From: an uncultured Candidatus Saccharibacteria bacterium
GTDB lineage: Bacteria > Patescibacteriota > Minisyncoccia > Phycocordibacterales > UBA5272
Direction: 5' to 3'
Length of the DNA: 64,000 bases
Assembly: GCA_964544935.1 (NCBI GenBank)
Contig: CAZJDZ010000002.1
Coordinates: forward strand, 30,668-94,667
Shown: piece after piece, positions 46,463-56,330 of the stretch
Numbering within the stretch: the stretch's first letter is position 1
Layout: every line of letters starts with the position of its first letter
Program-made: the position numbers and the translations under genes
Notes under the pieces: generated by a model
What the model saw: the letters and a program-made list of their open reading frames with translations, nothing else
Database searches by the model: none
Told to the model about the DNA's origin: nothing

Positions 46463-49429
46463 ATGGCTATTTTGCAAATAATTAAGAAAAGAAATGGAGA
46501 GATGGTTCCTTTTGATGGAGAGAAGATTGAGAAGGCAATCAAAAAAGCTTTCATCAGCATTACTCGCGAAGAGAAGGCAGAAGTTGCTAAACATATTTCT
46601 GAGCTCGTAGCTAAAGAGCTTGAGCTCGAAGCAATGACTCGCGACGGGTATGTTCCAACAGTTGAGCATACACAGGATCTTGTAGAAAAGCACATCATGG
46701 GGGCTGGTTTTTTTGACGTCGCAAAAGCTTACATCATTTATCGCTACGAACGTACAAAAGAACGTGAAGAAGAAAAACTTGAGACACTTGAAAAAGTAGA
46801 AGAAGGAGGGCTCTACATTACGAAGAAGAACGGCAAGAAAGAAAAGTTTAATCTTGAGAAAGTTAGAAAGTCAGTTTCGTATGTGATTACAGGGTATGAA
46901 AAAGAAGTTAATCTTGACCAGATTGTTAATCAGGTAAAGCTTGAGGTATACGAAGGGATGAGTACTTCCGAAATTCGTAAGGCGGTCATCATGACTGTAC
47001 GTTCAATGATTGAGCAGGATCCTATCTATTCATATGTTGCGTCTCGTATGATTCTCGCACAGATTAATGAGGATCTTCTCGGAGAAAAAATAGACTATAG
47101 TACTATTGATGTTCAGTACCAAGCTACATTCATTGATAGTATTACAAAAGGAGTTGAAAGAGGGCTTCTTGATGCTCGTATGAAAGACTTCGATTTAACT
47201 CGTCTCTCAAAGGCTATCGTTAAGTCTCGCGACGAGTTATTTATGTATCTCGGCTCTCAGACACTCTATGAGCGTTACCTCGTACGTGATGTAGAAGGTG
47301 ACGGAAAGATCATCGAAAACATCCAAGGCTTCTGGATGCGTATCGCTATGGGTATCGCACTTGGGGAAAAAGAACTCGATCGCACTACACGCGCAATCGA
47401 ATTTTATGAAGCGATGTCCACACTCCGTTTCGTTCCATCATCACCAACACTCTTCCATGCAGGAACAAAGCACCCACAGCTCTCATCATGTTACCTCAAC
47501 ACTGTAGGTGACTCTCTTGAGTCTATTTTTAAGGTCTATGCAGATAATGCACAGCTCTCTAAGTGGGCAGGAGGTATCGGAACTAACTGGACCTCTGTTC
47601 GTGCATCAGGTGCACTTGTGAAGAAGTCAGGTATCAAGTCAAATGGGCTTGTTCCTTTTCTTAAGATTGCAAACGATGTAACTGTTGCTATTAACCGTTC
47701 AGGACGCCGCCGAGGTGCAACATGTGTATATATAGAGAACTGGCACTACGATGTTGACGAATTCTTGGAGCTTCGTAAGAACACTGGAGATGATCGTCGC
47801 CGAACACACGACATGGATACTGCGCTCTGGATTTCTGACCTCTTCATGAAGCGCGCTCAGAATGATGAAGATTGGACACTTTTCTCACCAGATGAAGTTC
47901 CAGAACTTTCTGAAACATACGGAGATGTATTTGAGAAGCACTATGAGAACTACGAAAAGCTCGCCAAGGAAGGTAAGGTAAAAGTGTTCAAGCAGATTAA
48001 GGCTCGCGAACTTTGGCGTAAGATGATCACTATGCTTTACGAAACAGGTCACCCTTGGATTACATTTAAGGATCCTTCAAACATTCGTTCACCACAGGAT
48101 CATGCTGGAGTTGTTCATAACTCAAACCTCTGTACTGAAATTACACTCAACAACTCACTCGATGAGACTGCTGTATGTAACCTAGGATCACTCAACTATC
48201 AGCGTCTTATGCGTAATGGTAAGTTCGATGTAGATCTCGTAGCTGCTACTACTCGTACAGCTATCCGTATGCTCGATAACGTAATCGACGTCAACTACTA
48301 CCCAACTATCGAAGCAAAGAACAGTAATATGAAGCATCGCCCGATTGGACTCGGTCTCATGGGCTTCCACGATGCTCTCTATATGATGAATATCAACTTT
48401 GATTCTGATGAAGCGGTACAGTTCGCTGATGAATCTATGGAGCTCATCTCATACCACGCTATTCTTTCATCATCTGAGCTTGCTCGTGAGCGTGGGGCAT
48501 ACTCAAGTTATAAGGGAAGTAAATGGGATAGAAATATTTTCCCAGTAGATACTATTGCTCTCCTTGAGAAGAGCCGTGGAGTTGAGATCCCTGTTAGTAA
48601 AACAGGCAAGCTCGACTGGACACCAGTACGCGCATCAGTGAAGCAGTTCGGTATGCGTAACTCAAACACTATGGCGATGGCACCAACTGCAACTATCTCT
48701 AACATCGCAGGATCTGTCCCATGTATCGAACCTATCTATAAGAACATCTACGTGAAGTCAAACATGAACGGTGAGTTCATTATTGTGAACCCATACCTCG
48801 TAGATGATCTCAAGGCACTTAACCTTTGGGACTTCGAGATGATCGGACTTCTCAAGTACAACGATGGTTCAGTAAAAGATATCCCATCTATTCCGGCACA
48901 CCTTAAGGATAAGTACAAGGAAGTGTTCCAGATTGATCCATCATGGCTTATCAAGTCAGCTGCGTCTCGTGGCAAGTGGGTTGACCAGTCACAGTCACTT
49001 AACATTTACTTCGCAGGCACATCAGGGCGCGAGCTTGCTAACATCTATGAGTACGCATGGTCACTTGGTCTTAAGACAACATACTATCTACGATCACTCG
49101 GTGCATCTCAGGTAGAGAAGAGTACAGTTAATGCGTCTGAGTTCGGTTCTACACACAAGCGTGATGCTGGAGCTGATTCAACAACAGCAAGTGCAATGGG
49201 GACTCAGATCAGTTCTCCTGTTGCAAGTGCTCTCTCTTCAGCAGTTGCGCAGACTGCAGTAGTAGCTACTCCAGAAGTAGTGGTACCTATCGCTTCAGTT
49301 GTATCTCCTATCCCGTCAATGGTTAAAAATATAACTCCTACAGAACAGCCGGTAATGGCAGAACAAGCCCCGAAAATGAAGTACAAAATCACTGTTATGC
49401 CAGAAGCAACATGTGATGGATGTCAGTAG
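46463..49429 (+). CDS. nrdA: class I ribonucleotide reductase alpha subunit, two ATP cones
   Basis: IIKKRNG and ITKKNG cones, SSCYL, SNLCTEI, APTAT, LKTTYY, terminal CDGC. Confidence 0.97.
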   Translation: MAILQIIKKRNGEMVPFDGEKIEKAIKKAFISITREEKAEVAKHISELVAKELELEAMTRDGYVPTVEHTQDLVEKHIMGAGFFDVAKAYIIYRYERTKEREEEKLETLEKVEEGGLYITKKNGKKEKFNLEKVRKSVSYVITGYEKEVNLDQIVNQVKLEVYEGMSTSEIRKAVIMTVRSMIEQDPIYSYVASRMILAQINEDLLGEKIDYSTIDVQYQATFIDSITKGVERGLLDARMKDFDLTRLSKAIVKSRDELFMYLGSQTLYERYLVRDVEGDGKIIENIQGFWMRIAMGIALGEKELDRTTRAIEFYEAMSTLRFVPSSPTLFHAGTKHPQLSSCYLNTVGDSLESIFKVYADNAQLSKWAGGIGTNWTSVRASGALVKKSGIKSNGLVPFLKIANDVTVAINRSGRRRGATCVYIENWHYDVDEFLELRKNTGDDRRRTHDMDTALWISDLFMKRAQNDEDWTLFSPDEVPELSETYGDVFEKHYENYEKLAKEGKVKVFKQIKARELWRKMITMLYETGHPWITFKDPSNIRSPQDHAGVVHNSNLCTEITLNNSLDETAVCNLGSLNYQRLMRNGKFDVDLVAATTRTAIRMLDNVIDVNYYPTIEAKNSNMKHRPIGLGLMGFHDALYMMNINFDSDEAVQFADESMELISYHAILSSSELARERGAYSSYKGSKWDRNIFPVDTIALLEKSRGVEIPVSKTGKLDWTPVRASVKQFGMRNSNTMAMAPTATISNIAGSVPCIEPIYKNIYVKSNMNGEFIIVNPYLVDDLKALNLWDFEMIGLLKYNDGSVKDIPSIPAHLKDKYKEVFQIDPSWLIKSAASRGKWVDQSQSLNIYFAGTSGRELANIYEYAWSLGLKTTYYLRSLGASQVEKSTVNASEFGSTHKRDAGADSTTASAMGTQISSPVASALSSAVAQTAVVATPEVVVPIASVVSPIPSMVKNITPTEQPVMAEQAPKMKYKITVMPEATCDGCQ

Positions 49430-49580
49430 GAAGCAGGGAAGATCGTCACCAAAAAAGAGTTACCAGTACAGTGAATCATCTACCTTGCACAGAGGATTGC
49501 CTCAAGGTACAATAAATTTACTTTACGTTTTAGAAAGAATGTAGTATCACTCAACAATTATTAGTAATCACATCATCTGT

Positions 49581-50651
49581 ATGACACAACCAGAAATAAC
49601 ACCAACCACACAGAAACCAATTATCGATCGCACAGCGGGGCGTGTTGATATCAATAAACGCAAGATCATCAACGGTGCTGACGCTGATGTGGTACAGCTC
49701 TGGCCTATCAAGCACAAGTTTGCATGGGATGCATATAATGTCGGTAACGCTAACCACTGGCTACCTACGGAGATCAGTATGCAGTCAGATATCGAACAGT
49801 GGAGGGCGCAGAATGTTCTCACAGATGATGAGCGTCACGCGTTCCGTATGGTGCTTGGTTTCTTCACAACAGCGGACTCAATCGCCGCTAACAACCTCGT
49901 ACTTGCTTTCTACAAGCACATCACATCTCCTGAAGCGAGACTCTACCTCCTTCGTCAGGCGTACGAAGAAGCTATTCATACACAGGCGTATCAGTACATT
50001 GTAGAATCTCTCGGGCTCGATGGAACAGAGATCTTCAACATGTACCGCGAAGTGGATGCTATCTACAACAAGGAAGAATTCATTCTTTCTTTTAACACAG
50101 GTATCTTTGATCCTAACTTTAAGACAGGTACGCTTGAGAATGATCAGAAGTTCCTTGAGAACATGTGTGTCTTCTCTCTTATTCTTGAAGGAGTATTCTT
50201 CTACTCATCGTTTGCGGTGATGTTTGGTTTCCAGCGTCAGAACAAGCTCGTAGGATCTGCAGAACAGATTCAGTACATCATGCGTGATGAGAGTACTCAT
50301 ATGAACTTCGGTATCGACATGATCAACACCATCAAGCAGGAGCAACCAGAACTCTGGACGCCAGCATTCGTAGAGCGTATCACTAACCTTATGCGTAAGG
50401 CAGTACAGCTCGAGTATGAGTATGCTGTAGGAGTATTCCCTAAGGGTATCTTTGGGTTAAATGCAGATGGATTCAAGCAGTACATCGAGCATATCGCAGA
50501 TCGTAGACTTGCCCGTGTAGGTATCGAGGCGATCTATGGATCCACAAACCCATTCCCGTGGATGTCAGAGGCGGTTGATCTTAACAAGGAGAAGAATTTC
50601 TTCGAGACACGAGTAACAGAATATAAGACTGGAGGAACCCTATCTTGGTAA
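49581..50651 (+). CDS. nrdB: class Ia ribonucleotide reductase beta subunit
   Basis: D ligand (TADS), EEAIH..AY with radical Tyr, EG.FF, RDE..H, NFFE.RV.EY. Confidence 0.96.
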   Translation: MTQPEITPTTQKPIIDRTAGRVDINKRKIINGADADVVQLWPIKHKFAWDAYNVGNANHWLPTEISMQSDIEQWRAQNVLTDDERHAFRMVLGFFTTADSIAANNLVLAFYKHITSPEARLYLLRQAYEEAIHTQAYQYIVESLGLDGTEIFNMYREVDAIYNKEEFILSFNTGIFDPNFKTGTLENDQKFLENMCVFSLILEGVFFYSSFAVMFGFQRQNKLVGSAEQIQYIMRDESTHMNFGIDMINTIKQEQPELWTPAFVERITNLMRKAVQLEYEYAVGVFPKGIFGLNADGFKQYIEHIADRRLARVGIEAIYGSTNPFPWMSEAVDLNKEKNFFETRVTEYKTGGTLSW

Positions 50652-50777
50652 TTATTTCACAATAAATTACTTCATCTACTTCGTTACGGAGCCTCGTTTG
50701 CTCCTCAACGTAGGAGTACTACGTCTCCTTCGCAAACACTCCATGTCTCGCATCTAAAGCAATTTCTTGCAAAATAA
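50652..50777. repeat. imperfect ~125-bp palindromic element, copy A
   Basis: CATCTACTTCG...CGTA-loop-TACGTCT...CATCT nested stems; related to 54838-54965. Confidence 0.65.
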
Positions 50778-51740
50778 ATGACTGAAACAAATAGTCCAGC
50801 AAAATACTTGTATGATTCATTAAGTAATTTTTCTGATCTACAGCGTCTTATAGATGACGGAGAGAGTGAGGGGCAATATCTAGAATGCAAGACCAATGGC
50901 GGTTCTCAAGTTCCCGCAGGAACAAAAGCCCAGTTTTCAAAAGCTGTATCAGCTTTTTCAAATTCTGGTGGTGGGGTGATTGTTTGGGGTGTATCAACAA
51001 TAAATCAGACTCATACAGGACTTGATATATTAACTCAAATTGAACCTATTGGAAATATTAAAAATTTTCAAAAGCAACTAAATTTGAGCCTTCATTCACT
51101 GATGGAACCACAAATTCGAGGTTATGAGTCTAAAATAATTTTAGAAAATAAAAATGACACCAGAGGAGTGCTTATTTCATATGTTCCACCTGTTGACGGT
51201 GATCCTGTAAGGGTGCTTGCTGATGGAAAATTTTGGATAAGAAGCGGTAGCGTTAGTAGTCCGATGTCATACGAAATGATAAAAAGAATGTTTGCTGGAG
51301 CCAATGGTCCTGATATTGAAGTTCACTTTGATGAAAGGTTGATAGAAATAAATAAAACTGATAATAGTTGGACTATTCCTATTATTCTCAGTAATAAGTC
51401 AAGCGCTGTAGCGAAAGATGTCGAAATTTCAGTTACAATTATTAATGATGATGCTTGCTCGCATATATCCGGACAAAATTTCCAGGATCAATCAGCATTA
51501 AATCCTGGTAAAAAAATCTTAATGGGTGCCAGTCAAAAATCAATTTATAAAGGGAAGGATATTATGGTTGGGAAATTAAACATAAAGATGAAAATAAAAG
51601 AAGTAAGATTAACAAGAAAATTATCTTTAGGGATTAATATCTTTTGTTCTGAAATGCGAGCAAAATCATACTCAGTTACTATTTTATTAACCCAAAAAGG
51701 ATTTGTTCTCAAAGATATGAAAGCTGGGTACCTTTACTAA
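50778..51740 (+). CDS. Schlafen/AlbA_2-domain protein
   Basis: [31 protein letters not shown] motifs; AT-rich. Confidence 0.85.
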   Translation: MTETNSPAKYLYDSLSNFSDLQRLIDDGESEGQYLECKTNGGSQVPAGTKAQFSKAVSAFSNSGGGVIVWGVSTINQTHTGLDILTQIEPIGNIKNFQKQLNLSLHSLMEPQIRGYESKIILENKNDTRGVLISYVPPVDGDPVRVLADGKFWIRSGSVSSPMSYEMIKRMFAGANGPDIEVHFDERLIEINKTDNSWTIPIILSNKSSAVAKDVEISVTIINDDACSHISGQNFQDQSALNPGKKILMGASQKSIYKGKDIMVGKLNIKMKIKEVRLTRKLSLGINIFCSEMRAKSYSVTILLTQKGFVLKDMKAGYLY

Positions 51741-51753
51741 CAGAAATATAACT

Positions 51754-52092
51754 ATGGACACAACAAAATTAATTATTGAGGATATTGTGGTCGGGGAAGG
51801 AGATGTGGCAAAGGCAGGGAACATGGTGACAGTACACTACATAGGGACACTCACTAATGGAACAATGTTTGATGCATCTCGTAACCATGGAGACAAAGGA
51901 TTCAGTTTCACTCTTGGTGCAGGGCAGGTGATCAAGGGATGGGACTTAGGAGTTGCCGGCATGAAGGTTGGAGGAAAGCGTAAGCTCACTATTCCATCTG
52001 ACCTCGCATACGGTGATCAAGCAGTTGGTGGAGTTATTCCCGCTAATTCAACACTCATCTTTGAAGTAGAACTTCTCAGTGTAGGTAAGTAA
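51754..52092 (+). CDS. FKBP-type peptidyl-prolyl isomerase
   Basis: [33 protein letters not shown]. Confidence 0.96.
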   Translation: MDTTKLIIEDIVVGEGDVAKAGNMVTVHYIGTLTNGTMFDASRNHGDKGFSFTLGAGQVIKGWDLGVAGMKVGGKRKLTIPSDLAYGDQAVGGVIPANSTLIFEVELLSVGK

Positions 52093-52179
52093 AAATAAAT
52101 CGTACATCAAAAATAGCTTCTTATGGACAATCGTTCATGAGAAGCTATTTTGTTATTTGTAACTACAGAAAAAGAAAAA

Positions 52180-52450
52180 CCGAGGTTAGGTGAGCGCGTT
52201 GGCTTCCATTCCCTCGATTCAATTTTCGGGTACCTATTGCCAATACTCGCGACCACGAACGCTAAGGAAACTAAGGTTACCCTGAGCAAGGCCAGCCATT
52301 CGACTCCTTTCATTTAACCCGTCGTATCCTGCGGGACAGAGGCGAGGCTCCTATAGAGGATGGAGAAAGGGATTTAGATAGTTAACAAAGACTCCATCGT
52401 ATAAGATTTGGGCGTTGCGTGGTTAGGAGGTTGAAGGCTCCTAAATCCAG
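52180..52450. ncRNA. candidate structured ncRNA (strand uncertain, minus favoured)
   Basis: GC-richer non-coding block with crossing helices; TGcTACACT on the minus strand at 52449-52457. Confidence 0.4.
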
Positions 52451-52564
52451 TGTAGCATTTTTGTATACCAAGGTAAGATTGACAGAGTAACGAGTATGTT
52501 CTTTTTTCTCTTTGCTAACAGCTAAGGACTACTAGCTAATCACTACGTTTGCTATACTATTTGT

Positions 52565-53509
52565 ATGTTAAAAGTCTCACATAGTCTCCCAGATATTGCT
52601 GTACTTCGTGGTGGCAATAAAGACTTCAAGCAGTCACTCATCGAAGGAGGTGAAGTGCTTGCTTCTCTTGTGAAGATTGGCTATGAACCGGTTGATGTAC
52701 TTATTGACCGTGACCTCACATGGACGTCGAAAGGTCTCCCAACTGACGCGCATGCTATCTATTCAAGAGCTCATACTGTAGTCGATACTACAGGAATGAG
52801 AGGGGAAGCGTATCAAGTGCTTGCTAAGAAGATGCAGATACCACTTATTTTTTCACATGGAGATGATGTGTCACTTAATCGTGAGGATCTCTACAGGGTG
52901 TTGCGACAGCAGAATATTAAAGTGCCAGACACGGTTGTGGTGCGAGCAAGTGCTCCACTTAATGATCAGATATTTCGTAACCTCTGGACCAAGTTCCATA
53001 CACCACTTCTTGTGCGACCTATTCATGCAGAACATGAAGCTCCTTCTAAGCTTGTAAAGATGTATCACGATCTCGAGAAGACTATTCGTGAATACCATGA
53101 GAAGGGGATAGACACCCATGTGCTCACCTATAGAAAGTATCACACTACTTCAATTGCAGTATTGCCACATTTTAGAAATGAAGAAGTATACACTCCTCTA
53201 TGGGTAGATACATTTCCATACGAAGGACAACTTCCGAACCGTGAGTCACGTATGAGCCCTCATCTTCAGTCTCCTGACTTTAGAAAAGAAAACATGAAAG
53301 CTGTTGCTACGAGGGTATACAAAGCGCTTGGTCTAGACAAGCCAGTATGTATCGATTTTATCAATCATAACAATGAGTATGTGGTGGTCAACGTAGACCT
53401 CACACCATCACTCAGAAAGGACAGTCGCTTCATGCAGTCTCTTGCAACAACTGGAGTGGATGCTGGGCATTATGTTCACGAATGTATCTTGCATGACATC
53501 GAAAGATAG
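52565..53509 (+). CDS. degenerate D-Ala-D-Ala-ligase-like ATP-grasp protein
   Basis: IAVLRGG...SL..G, DVLIDR..W, IDFI..YVVVNV..P; canonical catalytic motifs altered. Confidence 0.65.
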   Translation: MLKVSHSLPDIAVLRGGNKDFKQSLIEGGEVLASLVKIGYEPVDVLIDRDLTWTSKGLPTDAHAIYSRAHTVVDTTGMRGEAYQVLAKKMQIPLIFSHGDDVSLNREDLYRVLRQQNIKVPDTVVVRASAPLNDQIFRNLWTKFHTPLLVRPIHAEHEAPSKLVKMYHDLEKTIREYHEKGIDTHVLTYRKYHTTSIAVLPHFRNEEVYTPLWVDTFPYEGQLPNRESRMSPHLQSPDFRKENMKAVATRVYKALGLDKPVCIDFINHNNEYVVVNVDLTPSLRKDSRFMQSLATTGVDAGHYVHECILHDIER

Positions 53510-53702
53510 ACAAATCCTCGGGCTTATACTTGGTCTTCCAGTTGTTTTTGTTGTCCTGTATTTTTTATTAAAATAAAATGTTTTTACAAAATATTGACTT
53601 ATATTGATTTTTATGGTATAAAGAAAAATGGTAGCAAACAGTACGTTTGCTGTTCATTGTAAGTGGGTAGCCATACCCATAAGCCTCTAGGAGGTGCATA
53701 AA

Positions 53703-54776
53703 ATGGTACGAGTTCATCATGGCCGCAAGGTTGCCTATTTGAAGGCTGTCGAATCCTATCCGTGGGTTCGTATCGCGGTTTGTCGTGAAGATGGAACCAT
53801 CTTCCGTTATGCTGATTCATTTGAGTACTTCGACCAAGCAATTGCTTGGCTAGCCAATGATCACTGGAGGATTAGGGTTGCTTATCAATATGACGGGGGC
53901 GTGGATGATGAGCCTGAGCTTAATCCGGTCTACGCCGATGATCAAGTCATTGTCAACCGATCTGTAGCGGAGGGTGAGCTTTCTGTCGCAGACGAAGTTG
54001 ACTGGATTCTCCTCAATCGTGGAGATATCGTCTACAATGTGCTCGATGAGCAATTGTGGGTGGTTGACTTTGGGTACGATCGTGAACTAGAGTCCAGTGC
54101 CTATGCTCCTCGTCCGAAGATGATCCCGTCTTATCGTCGAGCACATGCCTATCAGTGGGAAGTGCCGAAAGAGCCTGATACTTTTTATAACAAGTTCGTA
54201 ACTTCAGTAAAGCGTAAGTACCCTGACAGAGAAATCGCCTCAAGGGTTGCCCCACCTTATGGTTTGGTTAGTTACCTGACATTCCCTGCACGCAGAACTT
54301 TTGTTTCTGTCGAGATCAAAAAAGATGAAGATCTCGGAAGGAACAGAATTACAAAGATTGTCGGGAAGAAGGAAATCCTGTGCCATACAGGTCTTGAGGG
54401 TCAACTTGATCTCGGAAGGAAAAACTCGGAGACCGTTAAGGGAGCTTTCGAGTCTACCCTACACGATTCTTGGGAAGCTCTTTTCCAGAAGGGGTGGGAC
54501 GTAGTCGCTATCTCTCGACGTGAGTTCTATGAGCACACGTTTGCGGGACATTGCTATCAAACTGGTAGCTACTTTGGTGCAGTCAGTGTTCCGAAAGGAT
54601 ACGCCATTGCATGGGAGAATCGAAACGACGATATGCTTCTCATTCGGCTTGGATCCAACGACACAATTCGTTGCCCACCTGAGTTCAAGGGCAAAGTCAT
54701 CGGCACAAGAGGTGGCAACATCAAAGGTATTGCTAAGAGGTTTGGTCGTGAGCACTGGCAAGTGAAGCTTGTGTAA
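53703..54776 (+). CDS. orphan protein with C-terminal KH (RNA-binding) domain
   Basis: SD AGGAGG, promoter TTGACT-N17-TATAAA, KGKVIGTRGGNIK (GxxG). Confidence 0.8.
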   Translation: MVRVHHGRKVAYLKAVESYPWVRIAVCREDGTIFRYADSFEYFDQAIAWLANDHWRIRVAYQYDGGVDDEPELNPVYADDQVIVNRSVAEGELSVADEVDWILLNRGDIVYNVLDEQLWVVDFGYDRELESSAYAPRPKMIPSYRRAHAYQWEVPKEPDTFYNKFVTSVKRKYPDREIASRVAPPYGLVSYLTFPARRTFVSVEIKKDEDLGRNRITKIVGKKEILCHTGLEGQLDLGRKNSETVKGAFESTLHDSWEALFQKGWDVVAISRREFYEHTFAGHCYQTGSYFGAVSVPKGYAIAWENRNDDMLLIRLGSNDTIRCPPEFKGKVIGTRGGNIKGIAKRFGREHWQVKLV

Positions 54777-54837
54777 ATCACCAACTATCTGTTTTGAAAG
54801 GAGGCTCCAGCCTCCTTTTTCATTTTAACAGTTTATT

Positions 54838-54965
54838 ATTTTAGTTCAGATAGTGAGTTAGATACAAGCTAAGAAAATTTTTTAAGACCAAGACGTACAA
54901 CTAGTACGGCGCGGGAATAAAAAATTTTCTTAGCGAAGTAGATGGCTCACCTATATGGACTAAAA
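54838..54965. repeat. imperfect ~125-bp palindromic element, copy B (inverted)
   Basis: AGATAC-AAGCTAAGAAAATTTTTTA...AGACGTAC-GTACG...TAAAAAATTTTCTTAGC-GAAGTAGATG. Confidence 0.7.
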
Positions 54966-55057
54966 GAGAAAACCGCCCCTCTGGTAAGTATGGCGGTTTT
55001 CTCTTTGTTCTTACTATGAAAATAAGAGACGTCTTTGTTTGATGCGTACGGTTGCTT

Positions 55058-55366
55058 CTAAGCTTCTGGCTGAACAACTTTTTTGGTAGCTGTCTTCGCT
55101 TTCACCTTAGACGCTCCCGTCTTGTTAGCAACTTTTTTACTAGGTTGCTTCCCAGTTGTTTTTGAAGCCGCATCTGCTTTTTTATCGGCATCGACAATCA
55201 TGGCTTTAGTTACCCACTCAGCTAGTTTCTTTGCTGCGCCCATAGCTCCTGCTTTTTTGGCGTATCCTTCTGATGCGCACACAGGTTCTCCGTTCTTAGC
55301 AAGAAGTCTGAATCGGTACTGACCTTTCTTATCTTGATAGACTTCAAGGATTGTCGTCTTTGACAT
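55058..55366 (-). CDS. YegP/DUF1508 protein with Lys/Ala-rich tail
   Basis: EVYQDKKGQYRFRLLAKNGE....SEGY. Confidence 0.85.
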   Translation of the reverse strand: MSKTTILEVYQDKKGQYRFRLLAKNGEPVCASEGYAKKAGAMGAAKKLAEWVTKAMIVDADKKADAASKTTGKQPSKKVANKTGASKVKAKTATKKVVQPEA

Positions 55367-55514
55367 TCTTTTTTCTATTAATAGCTGATAATGAAACAAC
55401 TGCCTACATATAAGTGTAACAACACTCCGTGTTATACTCAAGGGGTAAAGTGAAAGTTATTCACACATTTCTATTTTGTTTTATTTTGAGAGAAACAATT
55501 TCTGAACGAATCAT

Positions 55515-56330
55515 ATGAAAGAATCATACGAGGACAGGCATACAAAAGACAATCTTCTTTTTATTAAGGAGGTACTTGCATACTATAAGAAGTATGGAAG
55601 ACACGATCTACTTTGGAGAAAAAATATCACAGCGTATAAGATACTAGTGAGTGAAGTTATGCTTCAACAGACTCAAGTCTCTCGCGTGATTCCAAAGTTC
55701 ACAGCTTGGATGAAACAGTATCCAACACTTAAGAAGTTACGTGAAGCCAGTCTTAAGGATGTGCTCATTCTCTGGCAAGGACTTGGGTATCAGAGGCGCG
55801 CCAAGGCGCTACTTACTATTGCACAAGAAGTAGATGCAGTTCCAAAATCATTTGAACAACTTGTTAAACTTTCTGGAGTTGGAACATATACAGCTTCGGC
55901 TGTCTGTGCATTTGGATATAACCAATTTTCACACCCAATGCTTGAGACAAATATTCGTACAGTACTCATTGAATATTTTCATCAAGGCGAAGAAGGAATT
56001 CATGATGGAATGCTATATGATGATCTTAACCGTTTAGAGAAATATAATCTTGTGCAAAAAATAGGAGCAAGAGAATGGTACTATGCAGTGATGGATTTTG
56101 GAGCTAATTTAAAAGCACAAAAAATTTCTCACAATACTAAGAGTGCTCACTACGCTAAGCAGTCGTCATATAAAGGATCACTACGAGAGTTACGAGCAAA
56201 GACACTCTTTGCGATCACTCACCAAGAGAAACTTCCAAATGATGAAAGACTAAACACAGTACTTATGCAGCTTGTGCAAGAAAAATTTATTACACAAAAA
56301 GGAAGTACTTACATTCTTCAAAAAAAGTAA
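55515..56330 (+). CDS. mutY: A/G-specific adenine glycosylase-like (no Fe-S motif)
   Basis: L.WR, VSEVMLQQT, W.GLGY..RA, L.GVG.YTA HhH. Confidence 0.85.
   Translation: MKESYEDRHTKDNLLFIKEVLAYYKKYGRHDLLWRKNITAYKILVSEVMLQQTQVSRVIPKFTAWMKQYPTLKKLREASLKDVLILWQGLGYQRRAKALLTIAQEVDAVPKSFEQLVKLSGVGTYTASAVCAFGYNQFSHPMLETNIRTVLIEYFHQGEEGIHDGMLYDDLNRLEKYNLVQKIGAREWYYAVMDFGANLKAQKISHNTKSAHYAKQSSYKGSLRELRAKTLFAITHQEKLPNDERLNTVLMQLVQEKFITQKGSTYILQKK

Noticed and set aside
49581-50651. Class Ic (Mn/Fe) RNR
   Set aside because: The radical Tyr and first Asp ligand are present, consistent with class Ia
52290-52312. T-loop-like TTCGACTCC (tRNA or tmRNA end)
   Set aside because: No paired T-stem or acceptor stem, and no tag reading frame
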